64,000 bases of DNA from Leucoraja erinacea (taxonomy: Eukaryota). The DNA lies in the NCBI RefSeq assembly GCF_028641065.1, contig NC_073395.1, positions 16,492,001 to 16,556,000 on the forward strand, read 5' to 3'. The translations under genes and the position numbers were made by a program. Of the stretch, positions 1-11,564 are shown one piece after another (the first letter of the stretch is position 1; each line of letters opens with the position of its first letter). The notes below the pieces were generated by a model. It worked only from the letters and a program-made list of their open reading frames with translations, searched no databases and had not been told where the DNA came from.

Positions 1-190
1 GACAGTAGTGATTTTGGCATGAGTGGTGATGGTGATTGATGAGTGTAGAGCAGTGGATGTTATATACATGGACTTTAGTAATGCATTTGATAAAGTCCCT
101 CATGGTAGGCTGATCCAGAAGTTTAAGATGCAGAGGATCCACAGTGATTTGGTGGTTTACAATCGGAACTGGTTTACCTATAAAAGACAG
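1..190 (+). mobile_element. CR1 LINE reverse-transcriptase fragment
   Basis: AVDVIYMDFSNAFDKVPHGRL is the CR1 RT motif. Confidence 0.85.
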
Positions 191-204
191 AAAAGCTTTC
201 AGGC

Positions 205-1320
205 TTTTAGATAATCATCTGCTCAATGGGAAAGGGCAGATGGGAAACTGACCAGCATGATAAAGGGTTCTTGATTATGTTGGCTGCTTTCCTGAAGCAG
301 CATGAAATTATGTTTTCTCTGGTGCATCTAAAGAAGCTTATGCGGGTCATTGGAGATATGCCAAACGTTATATAAAGGCGTTGGTGTGCTTTCCCAGCCA
401 CTGCTTCGATGTGCTCCAATACAGATTGTTGGAGATATTTACGGCAAGGAACTTGAAGCTCTCACCCATTTCCACTTTGGCATCATTGATGCTGACTGGG
501 GTTTGTATTCACTTTCTCTAGTTATTGGTCAATAACTGGCTCCTTCATCCTGCTGACGTTGAGGGAGAGTTTGTTGTCTTGCCACCATACCAAGCTCTCT
601 ATCTCCCTCCTGTAATCTGTCTCATCATTGTTCAAGATCCTGCCCACTATAGTGATATCAACTGCAAATCTGTAAATGAGCGTAGAGCAGAAATTAGCCC
701 GACAGTCATGAGCGTATAGGGAGCATAATGGGGACTGAGGACGCTTCCTTGCAGGGTACTGGTGTTGAAAATGATCATGGAGGAGATGTTGTCATCTATA
801 CTTGATGGTTGTGGACTATGGATCAGGAAGTCAAGGATTCAGTGGCCGAGGATGCGAGGGAGAGGTACTGACTCCTAGTTCCAGGAGTTTGGAGATGATT
901 TTGCATTGGGTTAGAGTTTTCAAGGCAGTAAGTAGGAGTATGATATAGGTATCCTTGTTATCTAGATATTTGCATGGTGAGTGTAGGACTAGCCATGGGC
1001 CTTTTGCAACGTTAGGCAAACTTTGCTTTTCCTTGGCACCAGGGTGATAGTGGTCTTCTTGGAACAGTTGTGAACCTCAGAACAGAGTAGGGAGAGAGTA
1101 AAGATGTCTGTAAATACTACTGCCAGCTGGACCACACAGGTCCGGAGGTGGCGACTGGGATTCCACATGGACCACTTACTTTCTGTGGGTTCACCATCAG
1201 GGTGGCTGATCTGACATCTGCAACAGTGTCCATGGGTATAGACGCACCCGAGGCTGTCGGGCAGATGATGCCATTGTACCAACCTTCTGTTCAAACTGAA
1301 CAATGAATGCACTGAGCATA
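205..1320 (-). mobile_element. Decayed Rex/Babar-type LINE RT fragment
   Basis: Minus-strand translations QLAVVFTDIFTLSL...KKTTITLVPRKSKV and KAHQRLY; frameshifted. Confidence 0.75.
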
Positions 1321-2029
1321 GAATGTAAGAGAGAGGTTAGCAAGACCCGAACAGCATTGCCATACAGAGGAACATGGGCGTCTAAGTTAGGTACAAGTAG
1401 GTAGAGCGGTATGCTTGTCTTCCTCCGTTGAGCATTAAGTATAAAAATCAGAAACTCATTCCCAGTGTGCTATGTATGGTCCCTGTATACCCAGTGCCAT
1501 GTACGCTCACTAATGAATTGAATACTTCATGGTCACATGTGACAAGTCACAGTGAAATTCTTTGCTTGCATTCCCAAGGTATGCAAATAGTCACCACATA
1601 AAGGGCGCTTAAAAAGTTACGAATTCCCTCCACGCGCCAGGTTCCCCTTTGTTCTTCCCCCCTCATTCATGGCGATCCTCCCACACCGAGTCCTCCATTG
1701 TTGATTGTTCTCCCCCTCATTCACGGCGGCCCCCCCACGCCTGGTCCTCCTTTGTTCTTTCCCACGGGGGCAGCGGCGTCCTCACTTCCACGTGTCTGTC
1801 CTCGTCCATCGGTCGGTGCCATCATTGACCGCCGCGCCGACTCTCCACTAACTGCCGGGTCCTCTTCGGACGCCTCCGTGACGCTGACCCAGGTCCCAGC
1901 CACGGGCTCCACAGACCCAGGCACCTATGGCCTCGGGATTAGTCAACCCGCGAGGCTCTATCTCCTACCCTTGAGGCCCGGACCACGTGGCTCTGGGCTC
2001 GACTTCTCAGCAGCACCTCCGGAAGGCAG

Positions 2030-2700
2030 AGTTTCCTGTGTTCCCAGTGTCGCAGAAGGTCATTGTGTACACGATTATTTTTGGTCGCTGCGTTACCTGG
2101 GCTGTGCACGGTCACTGTGTACCCAGTGCCATTTACGATCATTGTGTTCCCAGTGCCGTTTTAATCACTATTTCCAGTGCCGTGTTGTCCCAGTGGTGTT
2201 TGCACACTGTGTTCCCAGTACCAGATAAGGTCACTGTGCTACTAGTGCCGCATCATTTACTATGTTACCGGTGTCACGTATAGTCACTGTGTTTCCATTG
2301 CTGATTACGTTCACTGGGTTCCCAAGTGCCACATGAGGTCACTGTGTTTTCAGTGCTGTGTACAGTCTCTGTATTCCCTGTGTGTTTACAATCTCTCTGC
2401 TCTCACTGCCGTGTACAATCACTGTGTTCCCAGTATTATTTATGGTCACTCTGTTTCCACTGCCATGTATGGTCCCTGTGGGCTGTTTTCAGTCGCTGTG
2501 TTGCCAGTTGCCACTTATGGTCACTGTGTGCCCAGTAACGCGTACAGTTTCTCTGTTCCAAGTGCCGCGCACGGCCCCTCTGTTCCCAGTGCTGTTTCGG
2601 TCACTGTGTTCCTGGTGTCACGCACGATCACTGTGTTCCCCGAGTGCTTATGTTGACTGTGGTCCCAGTGCCGCGTACACGATGACCACGGAGTGTGTAC
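2030..2700. repeat. Degenerate ~27-bp minisatellite (cactgtgttcccagtgccgtgtacggt)
   Basis: More than 20 diverged units directly upstream of exon 2749; two more units at ~1455-1510, separated by a CpG-rich insertion at ~1512-2030. Confidence 0.85.
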
Positions 2701-2748
2701 TCTGATACTGTAACCACCTCTGTTCTGTTTGTTCTCACCCTCCTGCAG

Positions 2749-2833
2749 GAGAAGGTGTTTGCTCCTCCACTGCCTACCCTGACCCCGGATGGACAACCTA
2801 TCCCCAAGGAACCGTACATTGTGGGAGCCACAG
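2749..2833 (+). CDS. MICAL3: MICAL3-like exon just after the LIM domain (EKVFAPPLPTLTPDGQPIPKEPYIVGAT), phase 0 to 1
   Basis: Pyrimidine tract plus ctgcag acceptor; donor CAG|gtagtt; phase joins the 11396 exon in frame. Sequence is poorly conserved, so the call rests on splice signals and phase. Confidence 0.7.
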
Positions 2834-3297
2834 GTAGTTGTTGTGCCCTTCTTGACGGCGAGTGGCTGCCCTTCCCTCTGAGGAGTGGGTTTGCTCGTCT
2901 ATACGACGGAATGAACCGATGGATATCCGACACAGCTGATGCAGAACTAGGAAAGGAAGTTATCTCGCCGCCCCGTCCTCGTCCACACATGCGCACCCCT
3001 CGACAGTTCAAAGTGAAAGCACTCTGGTGATCTGCCATTTCCATAACTCAAGAGCCTGGTGAATCTCCACCCATCCCTCCTTGCCTCACCACCGCCTGGG
3101 CATCCTCGACTGCCCAAGTGACCTAGCTCACTGAGTCCTGAGTCTCCACACCTCTTCCAATATCCCGCCCGTTCTGATGGAAACACCCTCACCAAATCCA
3201 GTCTATGCAAAGTGCAGGCACAGAAGATGGAATGCTAGTCCCCTGGCTGATTAGTGGTGGCCAACCATTCTAAGACTACTACAGACACTGCTACTCC

Positions 3298-3303
3298 AAT
3301 AAA
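3298..3303 (+). promoter_or_regulatory. Candidate intronic poly(A) signal AATAAA
   Basis: AATAAA followed by a GT-rich stretch, about 270 nt after the stop of the read-through extension of exon 2749. Confidence 0.35.
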
Positions 3304-3399
3304 TCTCCTGTTAACAGTTTGGGTCTGGCTGACATGTTTAAGGGTTACACAGAATCTAAATAAGTAATGTCAGTTACAGTGTTGTAACAGTACCACGTG

Positions 3400-4260
3400 G
3401 GATACAGTAACCTGGATTCACCAGCAGATCCAGTGACAGCAGGGTCCAGGGGTAGGCAGATATATGGTGACCCAATGACAACCAGGGATCCAGAGATATA
3501 AGGGCCAATGGGGTTCTGGTGATGCCTGAGGATCCAGTGACCAAGGGTTTCCAATGATCCAGTGACAGCCAGGGATCAGGAGATCCAGTGACAGCTCCTG
3601 AAAGACACAAAATGCTGGAGTAACTTAGTGGGCCAGGCAGCATCTCTGGAGAAAAGGAATAGGTGACATTTCGAGTTAAGACTCTTCTTCAGACCCTGTT
3701 CACCTACGCACAGATCTCAACCGGAAATGTCACGTATTCCCTTTTCTCCAGAGATGCTGCCTGGCCCACTGGGTTACTCCAGCATTTTGTGTCTATCTTC
3801 AGTGTAAACCAGCATCTGCAGTTCCTTCCTACACAGCGACAGCTCGGGGTTGGGTTGCAGGTGGGGATTCAGTGATCCAGGGGCAAATAGTGACGTGGAA
3901 AACAGCAAGGGATCCCGTGATAGACGTGGATTAAGTGGCCAGGGGACTGACTGTGTAATATGGGACTAACCATGTAACACGTGACTGACGAGAACCCTGT
4001 ATCACAGACCTGACCGCGTAATACGAGACTGAGGGGAGTTCTATAACAAGGAACTGATGGGGACCATGTAACGTGGACCTGACCATGTAATAAGGGACTG
4101 ACAGGGATCATGTAACATGGGACTGACGTGTATCTTGTAACACGAGACTGACAGGGATTCATGTAACATGGAACAGACAAGAATCATGTAACACGGAGAC
4201 TGATGAGGAACTAGTGACCAAGATTAAGATTGTGGATTCAGTCACTCAGAGACTGATATG
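3400..4260. repeat. Degenerate tandem repeats (gatccagtgac; gggactgac...catgtaac), interrupted at 3603-3833
   Basis: Recurrent motifs visible by eye. Confidence 0.65.
3603..3833. mobile_element. Inverted pair of Penelope-type terminal-repeat fragments with a hammerhead-like core on the - strand (3665-3692)
   Basis: agacacaaaatgctggagtaac...gttactccagcattttgtgtct arms; - strand reads CTGAAGA-A-GAGT-CTTA-ACTC-GAAATGTC. Confidence 0.8.
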
Positions 4261-5164
4261 GATAGAAAACCTGGGGTACGGAGAGGTTCCTGGTGCCAGT
4301 GAAACAGTGTATGCCCCAAATACTCAGCAGGTCAGGCGGCATCTGTGGAGACATCAAACTTAATGTCTCACATTGATCACCGTTAATCAAATCTGGAGAT
4401 TTCTCTCCGCTGTTGCTGCCTGACTTGCTGGGCTCCCTCGGTCTCCATCCTGTAATGCATGGGGAACCAGTAATCGCTGTGAAGACAAAGAGAACTGTGG
4501 GGATCGGGTGTATCAGGGGCTGAAGAGATCGAGTAAAACAGCGTGCAGGAGGACGAGTGTATCATAAAGCCCTTCAACCTGTCCCTCCATTGGGTAAGAA
4601 CATGTCAGTCTGATCCTGGCCCAGCCACACTTCCCATTGTCGATGACTCCCTAATGCGCCAGGGCTCATCTGCGCCTCAAATATATACAGCAATAACGGA
4701 CACTACCCCCCTCCATCATGGCCCATTATAATGAGGGTTATCTGCACTTCATGCTTTGTAGGGTAGGATTGCAAAGGTTTATAATCAGTCCTCATCTCAG
4801 TCTAATGTAATGCAAGAGACTGCAGATGGGATCTGGGGCAAAATGCAAAATGCTGGAGGAGCTCAGCGGGTCAGGCAGCATCTGTGTAAGGAATGGGATC
4901 AGACTTCTTCAGTCTGGAGGACCTCAGAGAAACACCATATTGCACTCTACGTGCCTCCGTCCTTCAGTCTGAAGAACATCATCATTCCATTCCTCACCAC
5001 AGATGCTGCCTGACCTGCTGAGTTCCTCCAGCAGTTTGCTTTTTGCTTAAGTGGAGGTCCCTTTAGCATGGGATCATACACCCTGGCTCTGGCTGTCCCT
5101 GCCAGAGGAAGCATCAACACCTCCCCTGTCACCCCACCGCGCTCCTGAAGCCACAGCCAAAGAC

Positions 5165-6660
5165 AGCACAGATGTTGGAAATATGAAATCAAAACAGGAG
5201 AAAAAAATCTGAGATACTCAGCAGACCAAGTGGAATCTGTGGAGGGAGAAACAGAGTTGGCATTTCAAATTAGAACTAGAAGTGAGAAATTAAATTTGTT
5301 TTAAGTTGCAGAGAAGATGAATTGGGGAGGGGGGGGGGGATGGGGGTTTCAGGCAGAACAGATACCAATGTCCATGACACAGTGAAGAGGCAGAGAAGCA
5401 GAATTACATAAATGGGGGTGTGGTGCAGCTGAGAGAGGGAGGGAAGGTCTGTCTGAGGAGGAGACAGTGGATGGAATCTGAAATACCCGTAAAGGAGAGA
5501 GAGACCGATGGAAATGTGAAGAGCCAGGGTAGAATGGGAGTTCATCTGAAGTGGTTGATGTTAAGCCCTGAAGGTTATAATGTGCCACGTGGGAGAGAGT
5601 TCAGTGGGGGAGTGGACTAGTGAGTTAACGTGTCGGGTAACATCCTCCTCATGACTAAAGAGCCAGCACCCAATCTGGCCGTGAATACTGAACGTAGCAC
5701 ATAGATTGCATGAGGTGGAAGTGAATCGTTGCTTCACATGGAAGGATGTCATGGGTCCCTGGGTGGTGGGAAGTGAAGAGGTGAAAGGACAAGTATTATT
5801 TCTCTGCAGTTGCAAGAGAAAGTGTGGGAAGGGGGGGTGAGGGAGCGGTTTTGTGGAGAAGGAAATTGTGAAGGAAACAGTGCCTACAGAAATGTGACAG
5901 GGAAAAGGAAGATGTGCCTGGTGGTCACATGATAACTGGTGCCATGGAAGGAGAGGATAATGGGAACGCTCCACGTGTTCTGCGTAACTGGAGAGGGATT
6001 TGCGAGCAGCAGTGCAGGAAATGCTACAGGGAGTTGGTCAGCCATGGGACAAAGGGAGCCATTGATGAGCGGAAAATACACCTCTCAGTAGCAGTGGTGT
6101 GGAAAGAGATGTCAGAGTAGATGAGGCAGAGACAGAGAGATCAGGAGACTGGAATGCAACTTAAGACCTTCATTGCTAACTTCCAGTCCTGATGAAAGGT
6201 TGTTAACCTGAAACGTTAAAGGGCCTGTCCCACTTACACGACCTTTACAGGCAACTGCCGGCACCTGTCATAGGTCACCGACATTTTCAACATGTTGAAA
6301 ATTCAGTGGCAACCAGAAAGACGCTACAACTCTTTGGAGACCTCTCATGATCATTGGAGACCTCTCACAACCATACATGCGACCCCTGGCGACATGTCAC
6401 AGGTGACCTCTCACGACCTTAGGGGACCTCTCTCGACCATACCTGTATGGTCATGAGAGGTCATGAGAGGTCTCCAAAGAGTCGTAGCATCATTTTGGTT
6501 GCCACTGAATTTTCAACATGTTGAAAATTACAGCGACCTATGATGGTGCCGGCAGTCGCCTGTAAAGGTCGCGTAAGTGGGACAGGCCCTTAACGGCCTC
6601 TTGCTTCACAGATGTTGCCTGAGGTGCTGAGTATTGTGCCAATATTTTCTTTTTCTGGGA
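5165..6660 (-). mobile_element. Decayed Penelope-like retroelement: GIY-YIG remnant, 3' terminal repeat, and an inverted terminal-repeat copy (6183-6660) split by a MITE
   Basis: Minus strand NTCPFTSSLPTTQGPMTSFHVKQRFTSTSCNL matches the Cys-rich/GIY-YIG region of vertebrate Penelope-like elements; flanked by the same terminal repeat found throughout the window. Confidence 0.8.
6220..6590. mobile_element. PIF/Harbinger-type palindromic MITE, 371 bp, TAA target duplication
   Basis: Ends agggcctgtcccactta...taagtgggacaggccct; TAA at 6217-6219 and 6591-6593; imperfect inverted arms of about 130 bp. Confidence 0.85.
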
Positions 6661-7199
6661 TCTTCTGTCTCAGTAAGATCACCTCTTGTTCTTCTAAACT
6701 CCAAAGCATGAGGGAATAGCCTACTTAATCTTTATTTGTAACATACTTGGGATCAACAAAGTGCACCGTACGTTGTCTCCAAGGCAAACACTTCCTTTCA
6801 TGAGTAAGAAGACAAAGACAGGTGTCCAGTGACAAGGAAGCTGATGGGGATCCGGTAATACATATTTGGGGATTTGAGGACCAGGATGAATGTTGGGACT
6901 TGATCGTGGGAGAATGACGGGACACAGCGACAAGGGAACAATGACAACAGGTGAGGACTGGTAGAGTGGAATGATGGTCATTGTTATCACAGAGGCTACG
7001 GAAACCAGGAGGACGATGTGCTCCCTGTGAGAATGAGGATCTAACCATGAGGTGAAAGGAATGGATGCAGTCACAGAGGGGTTGAAATGCGTCCATAAAA
7101 CGTGTGTTGGTGTCTCTTCAGCTGCAAGAAGAAGAATAAGAATCCACTGAGAAGTGGAGCAAAGGGTATCTTTATTGGTCAGGTTCCAGGAATGTTTAA

Positions 7200-7860
7200 T
7201 TGTCAGGATCCAGGTATGTTGGGGATCCAGTAAAGCGGATTGATGGGGCTCCACTAAGAAGAGGAGCAAAGTGCATCAAACAGTGAGAGCAGCATGACTC
7301 CAGAGACATGAGGAACAATGGGAATGCACCGGACATGGAACCAAAGAGCTGTAGAGTGAGGAGAGAACAGGTAGCAGGGGATAGAGAGAGAATGAGCTGG
7401 ATCAGGTAGAGGGGGAACAGGAGTAGAATGGGGTTAAGGAGAACAAACTTGGAGAGGAGAGAGGAAGAGTGAATGGGGAGCAGGAGTAGCAAGAGCGGGA
7501 AATTGTGTTCAGAGGGATCGGGGCTTGAGGAGAGAGTGAGCAATCGAGAAATATGAAAAGGGAAGCAAATGAAACAGGAGGAGGCTGGGAACAGGGAGTC
7601 GAGAAAGTAGGGGGAGGGAACAGGGAACAACAATGGGAAGGAACGGAGCGCGAGAGCAAACGGGGAACTGGGAGCATTGAGAGTGAATAAGCTGGGAAAT
7701 GGGAGGGGGAAGCAAACAGGACACAGGGACTGGAGAGTGGACAGTGAAGGCCAAGTCATGAAATATATTCTAGTACCTGTAGTATATTTTATAATGCCAG
7801 TAAGATCACTGGATATGGGGAGAAGGGATGAAGGCAAGAACAGGGCTACAAGTGGATGAT
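7200..7860 (+). repeat. Purine-rich low-complexity tract
   Basis: G/A-dominated + strand; gives spurious Pro/Ser/Leu ORFs on the - strand. Confidence 0.75.
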
Positions 7861-8559
7861 CAGCCGTGAATATTGTCGATTCTGAGTCGTACAGTACAGA
7901 AGCAGGCTCTTTGGCCCAACTTGTCCATGCCGACCAGATTTATAATTGTGCGAGTCCCATTTCACTGCCTTTGGCCCATATCCCACCCAACGTTCCAGGC
8001 ATGTAGTTGTCCAAATGTCTTAAATGTCACCATTATAGCTGCCTCTACAGTTTCCTCTTGGCAGCTCATTCCATGAATACACCACCTTCTACTCAAAGCT
8101 TCAGATCTCTTTTTTCCCCTTCACCTTAATCCAATGATGTTCATTTTCCCCAGAGATGCTGCCTGACCCACTGAGTTACTCCAGCATTTTTTTGTCTATC
8201 TTTGGTGTAAACCAGCATCTGCAGTTCTTTTTTGTTACCTTTAGTTCTAGACTTTCTCTACCCTGGGAAAAAGACTATGACCATTCACCCTATCTATGCC
8301 CTTCATGATTTTATAAATCTCTGCAAGGTCACTCCACAGCCTCCTACGCTCCTTGGAAAAAAGTCAAGCCTGTCCAGTCCCACCTTATAACTCAGGCCTC
8401 CAGTCCTGTTAACATCCTGCAAAATCTGTTTTGCGTCCTTTCCAGCTTAACAATATCCTTCTTAGATAAGGACGAGTGCACACAATACCCCAAATGTGGT
8501 CTCACCAATACCTTGAAGAGCAGGTTTGAAGTAATGATGGACTACTGCCGCTGCTTCAG

Positions 8560-9410
8560 AGAGTGTGAGGGTGAGCAGGAAGCAGTGGGTGAGAGAAAAC
8601 GGAGAAGAGATCAAACATCGAACATGGAAAGGGAAAATAAGCAGGGAACAGAGAGGAGGAGGGGAGAGAGAAGGACAGTGAGGAGCGGGAGAGAGGGATA
8701 ATGATCGGGGGGGTGAGCAGGGGAGAGAGAGAAGGGGAAAAGAATGAAACTAGAGAGTGGAGAGAAGGGTGTGGGAGAGGGATCAAGGAAAACAGGATGG
8801 GACAGCAAGAGGAAACAGTGAACAAACAGTAAAAAAAAAATGGGAGCAGGAAACGCAACCGGAACGGAGGAGGAGAAGAAATTGAGAGCAAGCGAGAGAG
8901 CAGGAAATGGCATGGGACGGAGGGAGCAGGGGATGGGGGGGGAGTGAAGGACGGAGAGGGAACAAGATCGGGAGCAAGGACAGGGAGCGAACCGGGGGAG
9001 GGAGCAGCGGAGGAACAGAGACCAGGGAACGTGGACCTGCAGACGGAACGAACGGGACGGAGGGAGCACGAGATGGAGGGTGCAGGTAGGGGAAGGGAAT
9101 GGGACGGAACGAGCTGGGGACTGAGAGGGTGAATGAGACGGAGGGAGCAGGGGGAGGGAACGGGACGGAGAGTGCAGTGGACCGGGAGGGAGTGGAGAAC
9201 GGGGAGGGAACAGGGATAGGGAGCAAGTAGGGGGCAGGTGGCGAGGACAGACGGAGCAGGGATCAGAAATATAAAACAAGTGAGCAAGCAGGAAATGGAG
9301 AGGAGGTACTGAGCAATGAGCGGGAGTGGGAGAGGGAGGAGGCCGAGCAGAGAAGGAACGAGCCAGAAAGATTTCGGAGCAAGGCCAAGATGGGAGTGAG
9401 CAATGGAAAA
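8560..9410 (+). repeat. G/A-rich degenerate repeat (gggagca / gggaacg units)
   Basis: About 850 bp with very few T on the + strand. Confidence 0.85.
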
Positions 9411-11395
9411 GCGAACGTTCATTGGTAGATTACTTATCCTTTGGCAAGGGTTTCGTCCTAGAGCAGTGGATTTCTTTGGCTCCGGCATTTTCTTCCCCTA
9501 TCATTTTTACTGGGTATTTTAGCAGGAGAGTTCTCTGTACAATGACATTACATTCATCTTACTTGTGAGCTTCTACAGTGCATGAACTCAAGGTGGTCTC
9601 AGCGCTGAATGAAACAATCATAATTCAGCCTTGCTTGACGTGAGTGGGGACATACTGAGAAAGGCGAGCGATGCAAGCATGCACCCGGTGTGGGAAACCT
9701 CCGGGTAATATCAGAGTGAAACAGAGAAGAGATAAAATAGAGACTTTCATTGATATCACATGGCAGGCAGCTCAGAACATCCCAGTGCTATTTACACCCA
9801 GCAAAGTCTAGTCCATTTCTCTCAGGGTTGCAGCCTACTTGATTTCACTCCATTTCTGAGGAGTGGAGGATGCCAATGCGTGAATTCATTTTTAACGTCA
9901 GCAGCTCGTTACACAATTAATCACCATGTTGTCTTGACAGAGAGAGGTCTGGGTCCTGTGGCAAGAAGACAGGAATTTAAGCTATAGAACAGAAGCGCTG
10001 GACTAACTCAGCGGGTCAGGCAGCATCTCTGGAGGACGTGGACAGCTGGCTGTGCTGTGTGGCCAGAACACTTGAACACAGAGGCACACTCTAAGCGCAG
10101 ATAGACGCACTCCGACTGCGCAAACCCATATGAGAGCACAGAAGCGATCTTACTCACTACCCATTTCCAAAGTAATGTAATGCTTGCAAGCCTTGCCTGT
10201 TCACTCCGTCTCTAAAAGTAAAACCACCAGTGGGAGCACGCAGTGGACCAAGCAGCCTCTGTGGAGAGAAAAGGAAGAGTTATCTTTCCACCAGCTGCAG
10301 TTGTTTTTATTTTCACGCTCCCACTAATAACCTTTTCCTAATTGCTTGATATCTAGTTCAGAAACCTGGATTGAGGGAAGCTTTATCAAGGATACTGGGC
10401 AGATTTATTTGCTCTTTAAAATTGTGCCCTGAAAACTGTTTGTGGATGTTCTCATCTCCGACCAAATAGCACGGCCCCTGTCCTACACTGAAAAGTCCAT
10501 CTGATTTGTGGGATCTTCATCAACTGGGCTAATGGGCTGAGGAATGACTGATGGAGTTTAATTCAGATAAATATGAGGTGTTGCATTTTCAAAAGACAAA
10601 GCAGGGCAGGACTCGCACAGCAAATGGTGGTGCCCTGGGGAGTGTTGTAGAACGTAGAGACCAATGAGTACATGGTCCCTTGAAAGCGGTGAAACAGGCG
10701 GGTAGCCCTGACTCAAGAATGTTAAGCACAGTTTGCAGTGTCTCCATTCTGTTTACTCTAACTGTTAGTAGCTGCTTCAGGTACTGTGAGGACAGCAGTC
10801 CTGGACATGCCCACCGTTTATATTGGTGATGGCAGGGTAGGTCGTCAACCTCACAGCCCCAGGATCCAAACACTGCGTTGCATTTACCCCTGTGGTGACC
10901 AGCGGGACAACACGGGGCCGGGCGAGTGAGGGGCAAGGTGTGGGCGATGGGGCTGAGACAGATGCAAGGTCGTGCATGGGGCAGAGGTGGCCAGCAGGAG
11001 TGTGGAACCAAAATCCACACGGCACCAGTGGCCAAGGTGGGTAAATGGGTGTCTACTCGTGTGATGTCAGTACAGAGCGTTTAATTGTCATATGCACGAG
11101 GCCCAGAACAATGAGCTCCTTACTTGCTGCAGCTTTACAGGTACACGATAAACAGTAAATTATCAGGCAAACCAGAGCGTGATAGTGCAAAACCAGAGTG
11201 CGTAGTGTTGATTCCCTGGTCAGTGTTGTGTGTTCCCTTGGGCTGGGCTGCCACAGTATTATGTTCCCTTCCCTGCCCCAGATCAGTCTTGAGCTGCTTC
11301 AGTTAGTTCCTCTGTTGTCCCATTCGACTGTGCTCCCCGCTTCACCAATACTTCACCCACCCTCGCTGACAATCTTCTTTTCTCTCCCGTGACAG

Positions 11396-11564
11396 AGCCC
11401 TGGCAGGCAAAGCGTCTGCGCGGCACTCCAGAGAGGATCGAGCTGGAGAACATCCGAGTGTCCCTGGAGCGGGAGGAAGATCTGCAGGAGGTGCCGGAGG
11501 AGACACTTGCTGAGCACAATCTGAGCAGCGCTTTGCACCAAACCAGCCAAGAGCCCGGCAGCAG
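11396..11564 (+). CDS. MICAL3: MICAL3-like exon (EPWQAKRLRGTPERIELENIRVSLEREEDLQEVPEETLAEHNLSS...), phase 1 to 2
   Basis: AKRLRGTPERIELEN and EVPEET-AEHNLSS are MICAL3 post-LIM motifs as I recall them; acceptor ttttctctcccgtgacag, donor CAG|gtcagt. Confidence 0.93.

Noticed and set aside
2030-2700. Array resembling CRISPR, or tandem RAG heptamers (cactgtg = reverse CACAGTG)
   Set aside because: Units are contiguous with no unique spacers; no nonamer at 12/23 spacing; no cas or antigen-receptor segments.
4549-4593. Possible 45-nt phase 1-1 exon with strong donor TGG|gtaaga
   Set aside because: No polypyrimidine tract and no recognisable MICAL similarity.
8556-9488. 310-aa and overlapping minus-strand ORFs (also 7196-7837 and 20509-21261)
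   Set aside because: Pro/Ser/Leu-rich translations of low-complexity repeats; no domain signal.
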